Shown here: piece after piece, positions 1 to 12,113 of the stretch
Position numbering within the stretch: the first letter of the stretch is position 1
Layout of the letters: every line of letters starts with the position of its first letter
Assembly (NCBI GenBank): GCA_963828525.1
Contig: CAWHEP010000003.1
Span: 32,001-96,000 of the forward strand
DNA length: 64,000 nt
Source of the DNA: an uncultured Verrucomicrobiae bacterium
GTDB lineage: Bacteria > Verrucomicrobiota > Verrucomicrobiia > Chthoniobacterales > Chthoniobacteraceae
Direction of reading: 5' to 3'
Notes under the pieces: model-generated
Told to the model about the DNA's origin: nothing
The model's database searches: none
Seen by the model: the letters and a program-made list of their open reading frames with translations, nothing else
Program-made: the position numbers and the translations under genes

Positions 1-360
1 GTCGTCCTCCCCGGAATTGAGGGAGAAATGGGCATCCTGCCAATGCATGTGCCGCTGATGACGCAATTGGCACCGGGCGAGTTGAAGGTGACGCGCAAGG
101 GACAAGAGTTCTACCTTGCCGTCGGGGAGGGATTCGTGGAGATCACGCAAACATCTGTTTCGGTATTGACCGATATGGCTGTGAAAGAGGACGCCATTGA
201 TGAAAACGCCGTACAGACGGCAATCCAGCGGGCCCAGACTGCCTTGGCCGACAAGAATTTGGCTGGGGAAGAGTTGGCCTCTGTCGAGGCAAGCCTGCAG
301 AGGTCGCTTGCGCAGTTACACGTGAAGCGGCGCAGGGCGGGCGGTGGGGCGGTTAGGTAG
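1..360 (+). CDS. atpC: ATP synthase F1 epsilon subunit (5'-truncated by window)
   Basis: Frame is open from base 1 (VVLPGIEGEMGILPMHVPLMT...GFVEI) and ends in a helical hairpin, typical of the epsilon subunit. Confidence 0.95.
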   Translation, partial: VVLPGIEGEMGILPMHVPLMTQLAPGELKVTRKGQEFYLAVGEGFVEITQTSVSVLTDMAVKEDAIDENAVQTAIQRAQTALADKNLAGEELASVEASLQRSLAQLHVKRRRAGGGAVR

Positions 361-456
361 AACAGGCGAGGCAGTTTTTAGCCGCTTGCCTCCGTGTCTT
401 GGGCTACGGGCGCAACTGTAGCGGAACTCCAACATCGCCAGCCAGTCGCGCTTTGT

Positions 457-1068
457 TCAGGATATGGGCTCGTGCAGCGAGACCCTTGGCACGGGGCGCA
501 TCACGCGCCACAGGAAATACAATGCAATCAGGGCGATGATAGTGAGCACGGTCTTGCTCACCAGCAGCGTGTGGAATTCGGCTCCCGCTCCGCTAAAGAA
601 CGAAGGGCTCGCCCAATACTCAAAGATTGTGAAACCAGCGATCACAATGGACAGTCCTGGCCAAACGGCTCGGAAGCGATACAGAAGCGCGCCCAACACG
701 ACGAGGAAGGAGCCAAACGCCGTGAAAATCCATAGATCGCGGAACTCGCGACTCTTCGTCTCGCGCTCGGATATTTCCGCGCTAAGCGCTTCCTTCTTCT
801 GGTAGAGATCGTCGTGCTCTTGCCGGATGTCGCGCGCCTGTTTCCAACCCTTGTCCTTCTCGAGGCCGCGTATCTCCTCGTTGACCTTGCGATACTCGTC
901 CACCAGTAGCCCAACGTCCCTCTCGGATCGCGCCTTGGCTTTCTCAGGAGCGAACTGATCCAAAACAGAAGACTCAGAACCCCAGATTAATTGATGAACG
1001 TCACGCCCGCTCTGGGTAATAAAGATGACATTTGCAATTACGAACAATGTGATCAGGAGTGGCTTCAT
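457..1068 (-). CDS. Hypothetical membrane protein (N-terminal TM, charged coiled coil, three C-terminal TM segments)
   Basis: ORF 457..1170; likely start MKPLLITLF at 1068; hydrophobicity pattern. Confidence 0.7.
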   Translation of the reverse strand: MKPLLITLFVIANVIFITQSGRDVHQLIWGSESSVLDQFAPEKAKARSERDVGLLVDEYRKVNEEIRGLEKDKGWKQARDIRQEHDDLYQKKEALSAEISERETKSREFRDLWIFTAFGSFLVVLGALLYRFRAVWPGLSIVIAGFTIFEYWASPSFFSGAGAEFHTLLVSKTVLTIIALIALYFLWRVMRPVPRVSLHEPIS

Positions 1069-1195
1069 GGTAGCTGCTTCCGAGAGGGTATGCCGAGACA
1101 GCGCGCAAGGGAAGAACGACTCGCAGACGCCAGAGGTCGCAATTGGGCAGAGGCAGCGTCCGATATACACCAGTTGCCCTCGCTGACTCTGCGCA

Positions 1196-1211
1196 CGGCA
1201 TGAAAGATGCT
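1196..1211 (+). promoter_or_regulatory. Possible sigma54 -24/-12 promoter for the kinase operon
   Basis: CGGCATGAAAGATGCT has GG-N10-GC spacing and lies about 90 nt upstream of the start at 1302. Confidence 0.3.
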
Positions 1212-1301
1212 AGAACCCACTTGAGAGTGATGCTCCCCGATGGTCGGGCGCGTCCCAAAATACACACAAAGCAAAATAGGAAGACGGCGAAAGCTCCGTG
1301 A

Positions 1302-3710
1302 ATGAGAAACTGGTTCCATAAGCTCAAAATCGCGCAGAAACTGATGCTAATCAGCGTCTTCTTCGTGATGCCCGACTCGGTGATGCTCTATCTCTTCATC
1401 ACGGGCATTAATGCGAACATCGAGTTTGCGCGAATGGAGCAAGAGGGAAACCAGTTTCAACGACCCCTGGAAGAACTGTTGGAGCTGATTCCCCAACACC
1501 GGCAGCTTGCCCTACGGGCTGCCACAGGTGATCAGGAGGCGCTGGAGCAACTCCCTAAAACACAGGGGACGATCAACGCGACATTCGACGCGCTGGAGGA
1601 AGTCAATGCCCGCATCGGAGTGGAGCTTCAATTTACCGAAGAGGGTCTGGCGAAGAGAAAGCGGGAGCACTACCGACCCAGCAGCGTTCGGACGGAATGG
1701 CAGGAATTGACAGCAAGTCTGGCGCGCCTCACTCCCCCAGAAATAGCCGAGAGGCATGACCATTTGAAGACGGATGTGCGCGTGATGATCACCCACGCTG
1801 GCGATATGTCGAACCTGATTCTAGACCCGGATCTGGACAGCTACTATCTTATGGACGCGACATTGCTGGCACTCCCTCAGACCCAGGATCGTCTCGCCGA
1901 GGTCATGGCCCGTGGCGAGGCGGTGGTAAATGGGAAGCCTCTCTCGAATGCGGATCGGCAGCAGTTCGCCATCTACGCCACGCTGTTGAAGGAAGCGGAC
2001 ATGGAACGCATCAGCGGCAGCATCCAAACGGCGCTCAACGAGGACCCGAATTTTTACGGCATCAGCCCCACTCTGCAATCGCGAGTTCCCCCACCCTTGA
2101 AGGATTACGTCACAGATAACGAGAGATTTATCCACCTCACGGAGGAACTCGTGAATTCACCGCGAAGCGCGATTACCTCAGCCGTTTATCTTGAGGCGGG
2201 ACGGGCAACGCGCGACGCGAGCTTCAAATTGTGGCGGATCGCCGATGAGGAGGTGGACACGCTGCTGCAGAAGCGGATCGAGTCCTACCAGTGGCAACGG
2301 ACGAGGAGCCTTTTGGTCGCGGGGTGCGCCCTGCTGGCCGCCATCGGTTTCGTTACATTCATCACAAGAAGCATCAGCGGCCCGCTGCGGCAGCAAGCGG
2401 CTGAACTGCAGGCGGCAAATGACGCGTTGCAGTCGGAAATCTCTGAGCGGAGCCGTATCGAAGCGGCGCTGCGAACAGCGGAGGAACAATACCGCGGAAT
2501 CTTCGAGAACGCGGTCGAAGGCATCTACCAGACCTCGAAAGACGGGCATTATCTCGTGGCAAATCCGACCCTTGCCAGAATGTATGGGTATGACTCCGTA
2601 GCGGAGTTGCGGGCAAACATGACAGACATCGGAGCCCGTCTCTATGTTGACCCCCGTCGGCGCGCGGAGTTTGAGAAGCAGATCGGCCTGCACGACACTG
2701 TCCGCAGTTTTGAATCCCAGGTTCACCGCAAAGATGGAAGCGTTATCTGGATTTCCGAAAATGCCAGAGCGGTAAGGGACTCGTCGGGCGAGCTGCTTTA
2801 TTACGAGGGCAAGGTGGAGGACATCACCGAACGTAAAAAGAACGAGGCGGAGCTGGAACAACTGCACAGGCAGCTGATGGAGACTTCCCGTAACGCGGGG
2901 ATGGCGGAAGTTGCGACAGGTGTTCTGCATAACGTCGGGAACGTTTTGAACAGCGTAAACGTCTCCGCCATGCTCATCACCGACCGGTTGAGCAAATCAA
3001 AATCCGCTCACGTTACGCAGATTTCCGCCCTGCTTAAAGAGAATGAGTCAAATCTCGGCGTGTTCATAACCTCTGACCCGAGGGGGCGAAAACTCCCGGA
3101 TTTCATCCACACACTGGCAATACGATTATCCGTAGAGCAACGTGAACTGCTCGCGGAAGCGGAAGGCCTTAGAAAGAACATCGGCCATATCAAAGACATC
3201 GTCTCGGTTCAGCAAAACTACGCCAAGGTGTCCGGTATCATCGAATCGCTGCCTCCCTCCGGGTTGGTTGAGGACGCCCTTCAAATGAACGCGGCTGCTT
3301 TCGACCGTCACAATATCGACGTCGTGCGGGAATTTGCGGAAGTGCCAGATGTTCGGGCGGATAAGCACAAAGTTCTCCAGATACTTGTAAACGTGGTGAG
3401 GAACGCAAAGTTTGCGGTCAGCGAAAGGCCAACCAAGGAGAAGCGCATCGCCGTTAGGATCGGAATCAATGGGAACAACCGCGTGAAAATCTCGGTGGCG
3501 GACAATGGGATCGGCATAGCCCCTGAAAACCTGACCCGCATCTTCGCGCACGGCTTCACCACGCGGAAAGATGGTCACGGCTTTGGTCTTCATACGTCCG
3601 CGTTGGCGGCGAAAGAGCTGGGAGGCTCCCTGACGGCTTACAGTGAAGGTCCCGGTCTTGGGGCGACATTCACGCTGGAACTTCCGGTGGAAAACAAGGC
3701 GAGCAGCTAA
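1302..3710 (+). CDS. Membrane sensor histidine kinase (periplasmic helical sensor, PAS, HisKA/HATPase)
   Basis: Two TM segments, PAS ([13 protein letters not shown]...WISENAR), H-box GVLHNVGN, G-boxes DNGIG and GHGFGL. Confidence 0.93.
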   Translation: MRNWFHKLKIAQKLMLISVFFVMPDSVMLYLFITGINANIEFARMEQEGNQFQRPLEELLELIPQHRQLALRAATGDQEALEQLPKTQGTINATFDALEEVNARIGVELQFTEEGLAKRKREHYRPSSVRTEWQELTASLARLTPPEIAERHDHLKTDVRVMITHAGDMSNLILDPDLDSYYLMDATLLALPQTQDRLAEVMARGEAVVNGKPLSNADRQQFAIYATLLKEADMERISGSIQTALNEDPNFYGISPTLQSRVPPPLKDYVTDNERFIHLTEELVNSPRSAITSAVYLEAGRATRDASFKLWRIADEEVDTLLQKRIESYQWQRTRSLLVAGCALLAAIGFVTFITRSISGPLRQQAAELQAANDALQSEISERSRIEAALRTAEEQYRGIFENAVEGIYQTSKDGHYLVANPTLARMYGYDSVAELRANMTDIGARLYVDPRRRAEFEKQIGLHDTVRSFESQVHRKDGSVIWISENARAVRDSSGELLYYEGKVEDITERKKNEAELEQLHRQLMETSRNAGMAEVATGVLHNVGNVLNSVNVSAMLITDRLSKSKSAHVTQISALLKENESNLGVFITSDPRGRKLPDFIHTLAIRLSVEQRELLAEAEGLRKNIGHIKDIVSVQQNYAKVSGIIESLPPSGLVEDALQMNAAAFDRHNIDVVREFAEVPDVRADKHKVLQILVNVVRNAKFAVSERPTKEKRIAVRIGINGNNRVKISVADNGIGIAPENLTRIFAHGFTTRKDGHGFGLHTSALAAKELGGSLTAYSEGPGLGATFTLELPVENKASS

Positions 3711-3715
3711 CTGCG

Positions 3716-5869
3716 ATGCAAACACAGCCACACTCGCGCCCGCTGCCGACTGAAAGCAGCAACCAGCGCATCCTCATCATCGATGACAATACATCGATTC
3801 ATGAGGACATTCGGAAGATCCTTGGTGTGCAAGCGAAGGAGGATGAGGCGCTGGATACTGAAGCAGCCGATCTCTTCGGATCCGAGATCGAGGTGATGCA
3901 AGACGTGGCGTTCGAAATCGACTCTGCCTTTCAGGGCCAGGAGGGTCTCGCGATGGCACAACGAGCGCTGGATGAGGGACGTCCCTATGCCATGGCGTTC
4001 GTGGATGTGCGAATGCCGCCCGGGTGGGATGGGATCGAGACCATTAGCCGTATCTGGAAATTTAACCCTGAGTTGCAGATCGTGATCTGCACCGCCTATT
4101 CGGACTATTCGTGGGCCGAAATGATACGGCAGGTGGGAAAAACGGACAACCTGGTGATCTTGAAAAAGCCTTTCGATAACGTAGAGGTCCTGCAACTCGC
4201 TCACACGCTGACGCGCAAGTGGGCGCTGAGCCACAGGCTGCAATGCCACCTCGAGGGCCTCGATCAACTAGTCGCGCGCCGCACCGAGGAGCTGCAGTCC
4301 ACAAACGCCCGGCTGCGCGACGAGATGAAAGAACGCGAGCACGCGCAAGCGGAATTGCGTGTTTCCGAGGAGCGCTTCTCCAAGGCCTTCCAGGCAAGCC
4401 CGATTCCGATGGCGATCCAATCCCTCGAAACTGAGCGTTATCTGGATGTAAACGATGCGTTTGTGGCTGTGACAGGGTTTCCGCGTTTCGAGATCATCAG
4501 TCGCACATCGCAAGAATTGCGCCTCTGCACAGCGCCTCATGTTCACGCAGATCTCTTGGAGCAGCTTCGCCAAACAAAATCAGTTCGCAATTTTGAACTT
4601 CAAATTCAAAGTCAGACAGGAGATGTCCGGGAGTGCGTCGTATCGGCGGAGGCCTTCACATTGGGCACGGTTCTGGTCGCCCTGGTCGCGGCGCTGGATG
4701 TGAGCGAGCAGCGGCGTCTCGAGAAGCAACTCAGGCATACCCAAAAGTTGGAGGCGGTCGGACAGCTTGCCGCCGGAATCGCGCACGATTTCAATAATAT
4801 ACTCACGGTCATCCTCGGGCATACCGGTCTCCAACTGACCGCTGCCAATCTGGATGAAGACATGGCGGACTCGCTGCGACAGATGACGCAAGCAGGCGAG
4901 CGCGCGGCGGCGCTTACGCGGCAGTTGCTCGCGTTCAGTCGCAAGCAGATGATGCAGCCTCAGTTATTGCGTCTGGATCACGTCGTCGAGAATCTGCGCG
5001 ATATGCTTAGCCGCGTCATCGGCGAGCACATAACCCTGAAATGTGAGTTTGAGGAAAATATTCCGCCTATTTACGCCGACGAGGGAAACGTCGAGCAGAT
5101 CATCATGAATCTGGTCGTCAATGCTCGTGACGCCATGCCAAACGGGGGCCATCTCACAGTTGGCATTGCTGCCACCGAGATTACCCCCGCGCAAATCAGC
5201 CGCAATCCGCAGGCCCGCGCGGGGCGCTATGTATGTCTGACCGTCGCCGATGACGGCTGCGGTATGAGTCCTGAAACGCTTAACCACATGTTCGAGCCGT
5301 TTTTTACAACGAAGGAGGTCGGCAAAGGCACGGGCCTGGGGCTGGCGACGGTACATGGCATCGTGGCTCAGCAAGGCGGCTGGGTACAGGTGTCGAGCAC
5401 CGTCGGTGAAGGATCCGCGTTCAAGGCTTACATGCCGGCAAGCACCGGAACGGAAGGTGAACAGAAGGCCGAGGAAACGGATTGCGCTCCGCGCGGCGGC
5501 ACCGAGACCATCCTCGTGGTTGAAGATGAGGATGGAGTTCGCGGTATCATCACAGACACGCTCATCCGCCGCGGCTACCAGGTGCTCGAGGCATCCAACG
5601 GCCCGGAGGCAATTGATATCTGGGCGAAACGAAACCAGGAGATCGACATGCTTCTGACGGACGTGGTGATGCCAAAAGGGATGAAGGGGAATGTTTTGGC
5701 TGAACGGTTGCGCACAGATCGCTCCAACCTAAAGGTGCTTTTCTCCAGCGGTTACAACACAGACCTCTCAGGGCACATGGGACAATTCACGCCATCCACC
5801 AATTTCCTTCAAAAGCCCTACAAGCCCGAGGCTCTTGCAAGGGCGGTGAGAGATTGCCTGGACGCCTGA
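3716..5869 (+). CDS. Hybrid histidine kinase REC-PAS-HisKA-HATPase-REC
   Basis: ILIIDD...FVDVRMP receiver, AHDFNN H-box, [16 protein letters not shown]-terminal ILVVEDE...TDVVMP receiver. Confidence 0.95.
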   Translation: MQTQPHSRPLPTESSNQRILIIDDNTSIHEDIRKILGVQAKEDEALDTEAADLFGSEIEVMQDVAFEIDSAFQGQEGLAMAQRALDEGRPYAMAFVDVRMPPGWDGIETISRIWKFNPELQIVICTAYSDYSWAEMIRQVGKTDNLVILKKPFDNVEVLQLAHTLTRKWALSHRLQCHLEGLDQLVARRTEELQSTNARLRDEMKEREHAQAELRVSEERFSKAFQASPIPMAIQSLETERYLDVNDAFVAVTGFPRFEIISRTSQELRLCTAPHVHADLLEQLRQTKSVRNFELQIQSQTGDVRECVVSAEAFTLGTVLVALVAALDVSEQRRLEKQLRHTQKLEAVGQLAAGIAHDFNNILTVILGHTGLQLTAANLDEDMADSLRQMTQAGERAAALTRQLLAFSRKQMMQPQLLRLDHVVENLRDMLSRVIGEHITLKCEFEENIPPIYADEGNVEQIIMNLVVNARDAMPNGGHLTVGIAATEITPAQISRNPQARAGRYVCLTVADDGCGMSPETLNHMFEPFFTTKEVGKGTGLGLATVHGIVAQQGGWVQVSSTVGEGSAFKAYMPASTGTEGEQKAEETDCAPRGGTETILVVEDEDGVRGIITDTLIRRGYQVLEASNGPEAIDIWAKRNQEIDMLLTDVVMPKGMKGNVLAERLRTDRSNLKVLFSSGYNTDLSGHMGQFTPSTNFLQKPYKPEALARAVRDCLDA

Positions 5870-5935
5870 TTATCGCCCCTCTCTGTAAGGTGTTTTAGTT
5901 TGCTTGCTGAGTGCTCATCCGCTACGATCTGCGGG

Positions 5936-7010
5936 ATGAGCGGGCGCTTGCCACATCCCACTCGCAGGAAGGCGCTGGCTGGACTGTGCGTCGTGGGGCT
6001 GGTGCTCATCGCCTTGCGCGCGGAGGCGGCAGTGGAAGATGATTGGCGAACCATCCTGAGCTTCGATGCTCCTTCGTCCGAGCAATTTCGAACCCGCGAG
6101 GATGTCCGGCGAGTTGCTGTCGCAAAGCTCAACCAGCAAGAACCGGCGCTGCGCTCATTTATCTCCCAGGTATCCCGCGGACCCGAGATCCGTGGATGCC
6201 AGACTCCGCCTTGCGCATCTGCTTGCCGTTCGGAGTGATCTTCAGAACACGCCCAACGCCTTTAAGGAGGCGCTTCAACTCCTTGAAGCGATGGAGAATG
6301 ATCCGACCATCCCATCTGAACGGCGACCAGACGCCGCCTTTGCGACTCTTTCGCTCAAGATGCGGAGGTTGGTCGATCCCTCCGACACTCAGCGGGATGA
6401 AATAGTGAGCGAAGCGCGACAATTCGAACACAAGTACCCAGGAGATCGTCGACTGGCGCCGCTATTCGCGGAGCTGGCAGGACTCTACGACTCGCGTCCA
6501 GTAACGAAAAAGTCTCTGCTGGACGAAGCGCTGCGTAACAACCCGAATGAAGCCGTTTCGGGTCGGATCAGTGACGATCTCAAACGCCTGGCCCTACTCG
6601 GCAGACCAGTTCCCCTCAAGTTCACTTCAATTCAAGGCGAAGCCGTGAATTCACACAGCTTCGAAGGCAAAGTTGTACTCGTCTATTTCTTTGCGAGTTG
6701 GTCCCCCCAATCCATCACTGGTTTGGGCGTGGTAAAAGAGGTTCTCGGACAGTTTTCTAATAGCGAAGTGCAGCCGCTAGGCGTCAGCCTGGATGTAAAT
6801 AGACCCACGCTCATGGCGGCGCTCAGCACCTACAAGATCGCGTGGCCTATTTGTTACGAAGGGAAAGGGTGGCAGGGCCCGCTCGTGAGATCTCTCGGGA
6901 TCAATGCCGTTCCGACAGTATGGATCTTCGATCGCAAGGGAAATCTCCGGACACTTAGCGCGCGGGATGAAGCGGAAGGCATCATCCGCGGCCTTTTGCG
7001 CGAGCCTTAG
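5936..7010 (+). CDS. Exported TlpA/redoxin-fold protein, +1 frameshift at about 6165-6167
   Basis: Signal-peptide ORF (MSGRLPHP...) joins ORF 6066..7010 if one C of ATCTCCCAGG is removed (FISRYPADPR). C-terminal GKVVLVYFFASW...GINAVPTVWIFDRKG thioredoxin-like fold. Confidence 0.75.
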
Positions 7011-7090
7011 TGGAGAGACCCATTCCCCCGGAAGATCAGCAGCGGTCTTAGGCGGTTTATTCCGCGCCGCACTAGTTGTTTTAAGGCGCG

Positions 7091-8056
7091 CTATCCGCCA
7101 ACTTCGGCGCGCGCTTCATCAGCGAGCGGGGTGCTAAGATACCGCTCTCCGGTCGAGCATGCTACGGTGACGATCAACTTTCCCTTGTTCTCGGGCCGCC
7201 TCGCAACCTGGATTGCCGCGACAACATTCGCGCCCGAACTGATCCCCGCCAGGATGCCTTCCTCCTTCGCGAGGCGCCGGGCCATGGCGAACGCTTCATC
7301 GTTCGTAACCGTTATGACTTCGTCCACGATTCCGAGATGCAGATTCGTCGGAACGAAGCCGGCTCCCGTGCCCTGTATCTTATGGGGCCCCGGCTTAACA
7401 GGCTCTCCTCGCATGGTCTGGCCTATGACGGGTGAATCCTTTGGCTCAACGGCAATCGCCTTAAACTCCGGTTTGCGTTGTTTGATAACTTCGGCGACGC
7501 CTGTGATCGTTCCGCCGGTACCGACCGCGGAAACCAGGAAATCAATCTTTCCGTCGGTGTCCTCCCACAGTTCCAGCGCAGTCGTTTTGGAGTGGATTTC
7601 CGGATTCGCCGGATTATTGAACTGCTGCGGCATCCAACCATTTGGGGTGTTTTTTACAAGATCTCCGGCGCGAGCGATTGCGCCCTTCATCCCTTCGCTC
7701 CCGGGGGTGAGCACCAGTTTAGCGCCGAGCATTGCCAGCAGCGTGCGCCTCTCCACGCTCATGGTCTCAGGCATCGTGAGAATAAGTTTGTAACCCTTTG
7801 CGGCGGCGACAAACGCGAGGGCGATGCCCGTATTGCCGCTGGTAGGCTCGATTATGACGGTGTCTTTCGTGAGGGTGCCGTCTCTCTCCGCGGCTTCAAT
7901 CATGGCCATTCCGATACGGTCTTTCACGCTGCCAAGCGGATTGAAAAATTCGCATTTGAGGGCAATGGTCGCTTCGATGTCGCCGACGACGCGATTAAGT
8001 TGAACGAGAGGAGTGCGCCCGACGGTTTCGACGATGTTTTTGTATATCTTGCCCAT
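7091..8056 (-). CDS. cysK: Cysteine synthase A
   Basis: [13 protein letters not shown] lysine, [18 protein letters not shown] motifs. Confidence 0.97.
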   Translation of the reverse strand: MGKIYKNIVETVGRTPLVQLNRVVGDIEATIALKCEFFNPLGSVKDRIGMAMIEAAERDGTLTKDTVIIEPTSGNTGIALAFVAAAKGYKLILTMPETMSVERRTLLAMLGAKLVLTPGSEGMKGAIARAGDLVKNTPNGWMPQQFNNPANPEIHSKTTALELWEDTDGKIDFLVSAVGTGGTITGVAEVIKQRKPEFKAIAVEPKDSPVIGQTMRGEPVKPGPHKIQGTGAGFVPTNLHLGIVDEVITVTNDEAFAMARRLAKEEGILAGISSGANVVAAIQVARRPENKGKLIVTVACSTGERYLSTPLADEARAEVGG

Positions 8057-8216
8057 GGATGGAGGATTAGGAGTTCAAAGCCTATTATACGCCCGTGTCG
8101 GAATGTTCAAGCGTGTTCGGAGTCGAAAACCGAATCAAAAGAAAAGAGGGAGGAATTCCACTTGAAAAGCAAAAGGGGAGTGTTAAAGCGAGAGTGAACT
8201 TAAGCAGAATCTTCAT

Positions 8217-8501
8217 ATGTCTGAACTACTGAGCGCGACCGAAATCAAAGAGTGGCTGAAAAAGGTGCCGGAATGGGAGCAGGACAAAAAGACCGTCGAA
8301 CGGACTTTTGAGTTCGACGACTTTTTCCAGGCTATCGATTTCGTGGACGCTGTCGCGGAGATCGCCGAGGAGCAGGAGCATCATCCCGACATCGACATCC
8401 GCTACAACAAGGTGCGAGTGGTTCTATCGACCCACAGCGAAGGCGGGCTGACAGACCTGGATTTCGAAACGGCAGAGAAGATCGATACACTGTCCGAGTA
8501 G
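8217..8501 (+). CDS. phhB: Pterin-4-alpha-carbinolamine dehydratase
   Basis: AEEQEHHPDIDI...LSTHSEGGLTDLD signature. Confidence 0.92.
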   Translation: MSELLSATEIKEWLKKVPEWEQDKKTVERTFEFDDFFQAIDFVDAVAEIAEEQEHHPDIDIRYNKVRVVLSTHSEGGLTDLDFETAEKIDTLSE

Positions 8502-8680
8502 GCGTTTTCGAAGGTGGAGACCGCGCGCCAACCGTCCGCTCTGAGGACGGCTGCATGCGGCGTCGCTGTAGTGGCATTCTGCGCCTTGATATGGCTCATG
8601 ATCGAAAAGCGAACGGCGCCACCGCCGCCGCCGCGCCGGCTAATGCCTTTCGAGGTGCCTGCGCCTCACTGACGCGCCTT

Positions 8681-9871
8681 CTATAGCTTTTCGGGCTCCC
8701 CGAGCAGCGCCGCGACGCGGGAGAGCAGCCTTCCAGCGGCTCCCCCGTCCAAAACACGATGGTCGAAACTCAACGTGAGGTTCGCTTCATTAACGGGGAC
8801 AAAAGATTGTTTCGTGGCATCCCAGCTCGGCACGACCCGCCCAGCACCCATTCCCAAGACGAGGGTCTGCTCGGGTAACGGGATCGGTGTTGCCCATGTG
8901 AGGCCAAAAGTCCCGAAGTTCGTTACGGTCGCAATGGAACCACCCGTGGCCTTCGCTGGAAGGCGGCGCTGTCTGGCAAGCTCCACAAGGTCATTGTAAA
9001 GCGGAACAAGAACCCGGAGCGGCTTCTCGTCCACGTTGCGAAGAACCGGAACCAGAACGCCATCCTCAGCCTCCACGGCGAATCCGACATCTATTGACAC
9101 AGGGTGAACGACCCGCTCTCCAATAAGGCGGCCAGCCGGAGCGCGGTTTTCGGAAAGGGCGACTCCAAGCGCGCGCAACGCGTAGAGAGCAGGCCCCGGC
9201 TTGGGATTGGAATTACGCCTGTGCTCCAGCATAGGGGTCAGAATCAGCGGCAGCGCGACAGTGGCAATAGGTCTTGTCCAGCTCCGCCGCATCGCATCGG
9301 CCACCGCAACTCGCATGGGAGACGCGGGACTCATTTTGTTCTTGTCCAGCGCTGCCAGAAACTTCTCGAGGTCCTCCACTGTCACCCGGCCCGCTGCTCC
9401 GCTCCCCGCGATACCGGCGAGATCGACAGCTCGAAGACCGAGCTCATTCATGCGAGCTTTCATGCGCGGAGACATATAGCTTGCGCCCTTGCTATGGACT
9501 GGCACAGGCAATCCACGAACCGTTGGCTCCACGGCAGTGCTTGCCTGGGTTTCTGGCGGTGGAACCGCGATCTCGCCGACTGAGGAACTCGGAGCGTTTA
9601 TATTCAGGCCAAGTTTTTCAGCCTCTTCATCGGACGCTTCCAGGTAGCCCAGCGTGGCACCCACCGCATAACTTTGTTGGAGTTCCACGAGCAACTTTGT
9701 AAGCCGGCCGGGACACGGGGTGGTGACTCCCATGACAGCTTTGTTTGTTTCGACTTCGATGATTTCCTGATCCTCGGCGACTCGATCACCGATCTCGACG
9801 GCTATGCGGACGATTGTGGCTTCGGCTATGGACTCCCCAAGCTGAGGCATGATTATGGGAATTTGCGGCAT
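8681..9871 (-). CDS. 2-oxoacid dehydrogenase E2 (dihydrolipoamide acyltransferase)
   Basis: Start MPQIPIIMPQLGES; lipoyl domain EVETNKA; E3-binding GSGAAGRV; catalytic LSFDHRVLDG. Confidence 0.92.
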   Translation of the reverse strand: MPQIPIIMPQLGESIAEATIVRIAVEIGDRVAEDQEIIEVETNKAVMGVTTPCPGRLTKLLVELQQSYAVGATLGYLEASDEEAEKLGLNINAPSSSVGEIAVPPPETQASTAVEPTVRGLPVPVHSKGASYMSPRMKARMNELGLRAVDLAGIAGSGAAGRVTVEDLEKFLAALDKNKMSPASPMRVAVADAMRRSWTRPIATVALPLILTPMLEHRRNSNPKPGPALYALRALGVALSENRAPAGRLIGERVVHPVSIDVGFAVEAEDGVLVPVLRNVDEKPLRVLVPLYNDLVELARQRRLPAKATGGSIATVTNFGTFGLTWATPIPLPEQTLVLGMGAGRVVPSWDATKQSFVPVNEANLTLSFDHRVLDGGAAGRLLSRVAALLGEPEKL

Positions 9872-9882
9872 AAAGGTACGGC

Positions 9883-10848
9883 CTAAAGGCGGAGGAGATC
9901 GCGAACGGCTATGGCTATGGCTCTTGCGGTGGGGCGATGCGTGCCCCACAAATTGGGATGGAAGGGAACAGGGGTGTCCTTTGCATTCAGTCTTTGTGGC
10001 GGAACATCCAGAAGGCTGAATCCGTCGGTGGCGACCCGGGCGAGCACTTCCGCCGTGACTCCGCCCCAAGGGTAAGCTTCGCCCACCACCAGCAAGCGTC
10101 CGGTCCGGGCGACTGATGCCAGGACCGTATCAGTATCCAGCGGCTTCACCGTTCGCAGATCCACCACTTCGACCTCTGTTCCCTCGGTGGAGAGTTCACG
10201 CGCCATTTCGAGCGCTTCATGCACCATCGCGCTGTAAGCAACCACAGTCACGTCTCTGCCGGCCCTGGCAATCCGCGCTTTGCCCATTGGCTCAGCCTCG
10301 GTCGGAAGCCCGTCGGCTTTGAGGTGGTAATAGAGGTACTTGTGCTCACAAAAAATTACGGGGTCGTCGATAGCAACGGCTTCCAGCAACATGCTGTAAG
10401 CGTCTTCGACCGTCGCGGGAGTCATGACGACCAGCCCGGGATAGTGCGCGTACAAGGACTCCATGCTCTGGCTATGGAACGGGCCGCTGCCTTTAGTTCC
10501 ACCCGACGGCAATCGTATGGTAATCGGACACGGCACCTGCGTGCGCCAGTAAAGTGTCGCCGCATGATTCACAATCTGGTTGAAGCCGACTGTGGAGAAG
10601 TCGGCGTACTGCATTTCAATAATCGGGCGCATGCCCTCTATGGCAGCTCCAATCGCCGCGCCAATGATTGCGTCTTCACTAATCGGCGCATCCATCACCC
10701 GGCCCGGGAATTCCCTGGCGAGATTCTTTGTAGCTTTGAAAGCGCCACCAAACGCGCCGACGTCCTGTCCGTATATGAAAACACGCGGATCATCCGCGAG
10801 AGCTTTGGCCTGGGCCTCTCGGATTGCCTCGAGATACGTGATACTCAT
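9883..10848 (-). CDS. 2-oxoacid dehydrogenase E1 beta subunit
   Basis: MSITYLEAI, GQDVG, DAPISE, EMQYADF, HSQS, EHK motifs. Confidence 0.93.
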   Translation of the reverse strand: MSITYLEAIREAQAKALADDPRVFIYGQDVGAFGGAFKATKNLAREFPGRVMDAPISEDAIIGAAIGAAIEGMRPIIEMQYADFSTVGFNQIVNHAATLYWRTQVPCPITIRLPSGGTKGSGPFHSQSMESLYAHYPGLVVMTPATVEDAYSMLLEAVAIDDPVIFCEHKYLYYHLKADGLPTEAEPMGKARIARAGRDVTVVAYSAMVHEALEMARELSTEGTEVEVVDLRTVKPLDTDTVLASVARTGRLLVVGEAYPWGGVTAEVLARVATDGFSLLDVPPQRLNAKDTPVPFHPNLWGTHRPTARAIAIAVRDLLRL

Positions 10849-11873
10849 TCTGCTGCGAAACCGTCCCTGAGACGTTTTGATGCCAATGCGCACCAATCCT
10901 CTTTGTCTGGATCAGGGGCGGGCTCATGCTGCACGGCAGTGACCGCCTCCTCGACTTGATGGTGAGCGTCTTCCCGCCAGCGCGACAAATCGCCCGCATC
11001 GCACCAACCCTCGCGAAGCATGGACGATTCCGCCACATCCACGCAGTCCCTGCCGCAATGCGACTGCTTCAGCCGCGGATCAATGTACCCCGCGTCATCA
11101 TGCTCCCCGTGCCCGGCGAGACGAAGAAGGGAGGCTACAACCAGCTGTGGCCCACCACCCTGGCGCGCCGCGCCCACCGCCTCTCCCATCGTGATCAAAC
11201 AGGCTCCGAGCTCGGTGCCGTCCACTGAATGCCCGGTAATTCCGTAGCCTATCGCCTTGTCCACAAGATCGTCGCAGGCGAACTGACGCGACGTAGGTGT
11301 GGAGTAGGCGTATTGGTTATTTGCCACAACCATCACGAGGGGAAGCCGCTCCACAGCCGCTAAATTCAAGCCCTCGTGAAAGGCGCCGGTTGAAGTGCCG
11401 CCCTCGCCCAAGCTGGCCACGCCAACCGTCCCGGCGATGCCCTTCATGCGATGAGCAAGCAAGACCCCGGCGACCGCCGGAATCATCGCCCCGAGATGAC
11501 TAATCATGGCCAGGTAACCCTCTTTGGGACGCCCGCGATGCACATTTCCATCCCGCCCTCGCATCATTCCCAAAGGTGATCCGTAATAAGCGCGCGCCGC
11601 ATCGAGCAATGTCTCGCAAAAAGCAAGACGAGCCGCCTGGTCCCGAATGAGAGGCGCAATGACATCCCCTTTCCGCAGGCTTACGCCCACGGAGGCGCTC
11701 AAAGCCTCCTGCCCCCTGCCCACAAAAACACTTCCGGGCATCTTTCCGCTACGGTAAAGGCTTGCGAATTTTTCCTCCGCGATGCGCGCGAGCAGCATCC
11801 AACGGTAGGCTCTCAGAAATTGTTCCTTAAGCGCGCCGGATTCCAACCGCTCACGCAAGATGGCTTGAACCAT
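10845..11873 (-). CDS. 2-oxoacid dehydrogenase E1 alpha subunit (TPP-dependent)
   Basis: GQEA, TPP motif GEGGTSTG...NNQYAYST, RLAGHGEHDD. Confidence 0.92.
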   Translation of the reverse strand: MVQAILRERLESGALKEQFLRAYRWMLLARIAEEKFASLYRSGKMPGSVFVGRGQEALSASVGVSLRKGDVIAPLIRDQAARLAFCETLLDAARAYYGSPLGMMRGRDGNVHRGRPKEGYLAMISHLGAMIPAVAGVLLAHRMKGIAGTVGVASLGEGGTSTGAFHEGLNLAAVERLPLVMVVANNQYAYSTPTSRQFACDDLVDKAIGYGITGHSVDGTELGACLITMGEAVGAARQGGGPQLVVASLLRLAGHGEHDDAGYIDPRLKQSHCGRDCVDVAESSMLREGWCDAGDLSRWREDAHHQVEEAVTAVQHEPAPDPDKEDWCALASKRLRDGFAAE

Positions 11874-12113
11874 GGGTTCAGATTATGCGGTATGAAGCGA
11901 GCTGTGCAATCATTCCTTTCCCCTGCCCCGTGAGAAAAGACGCATCAGAAAGAGACGAACCGGTGTCAAGGACACTCATCGCCCGCCGAGCCGTCATATT
12001 CCTCTTTTTTGCCGCCTGTAACTATGCCGCGTATTATGCGCTGGCGCCGAAGCCTCTTGGGTTCCACTTTTCCACCCATTCCCAACCATCGGACTGGCCG
12101 CGTTCCCGCCCGT

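Noticed and set aside
8681..11873. Missing E3 gene in the 2-oxoacid dehydrogenase operon
   Set aside because: E3 is commonly shared and encoded elsewhere, so this is not unusual.
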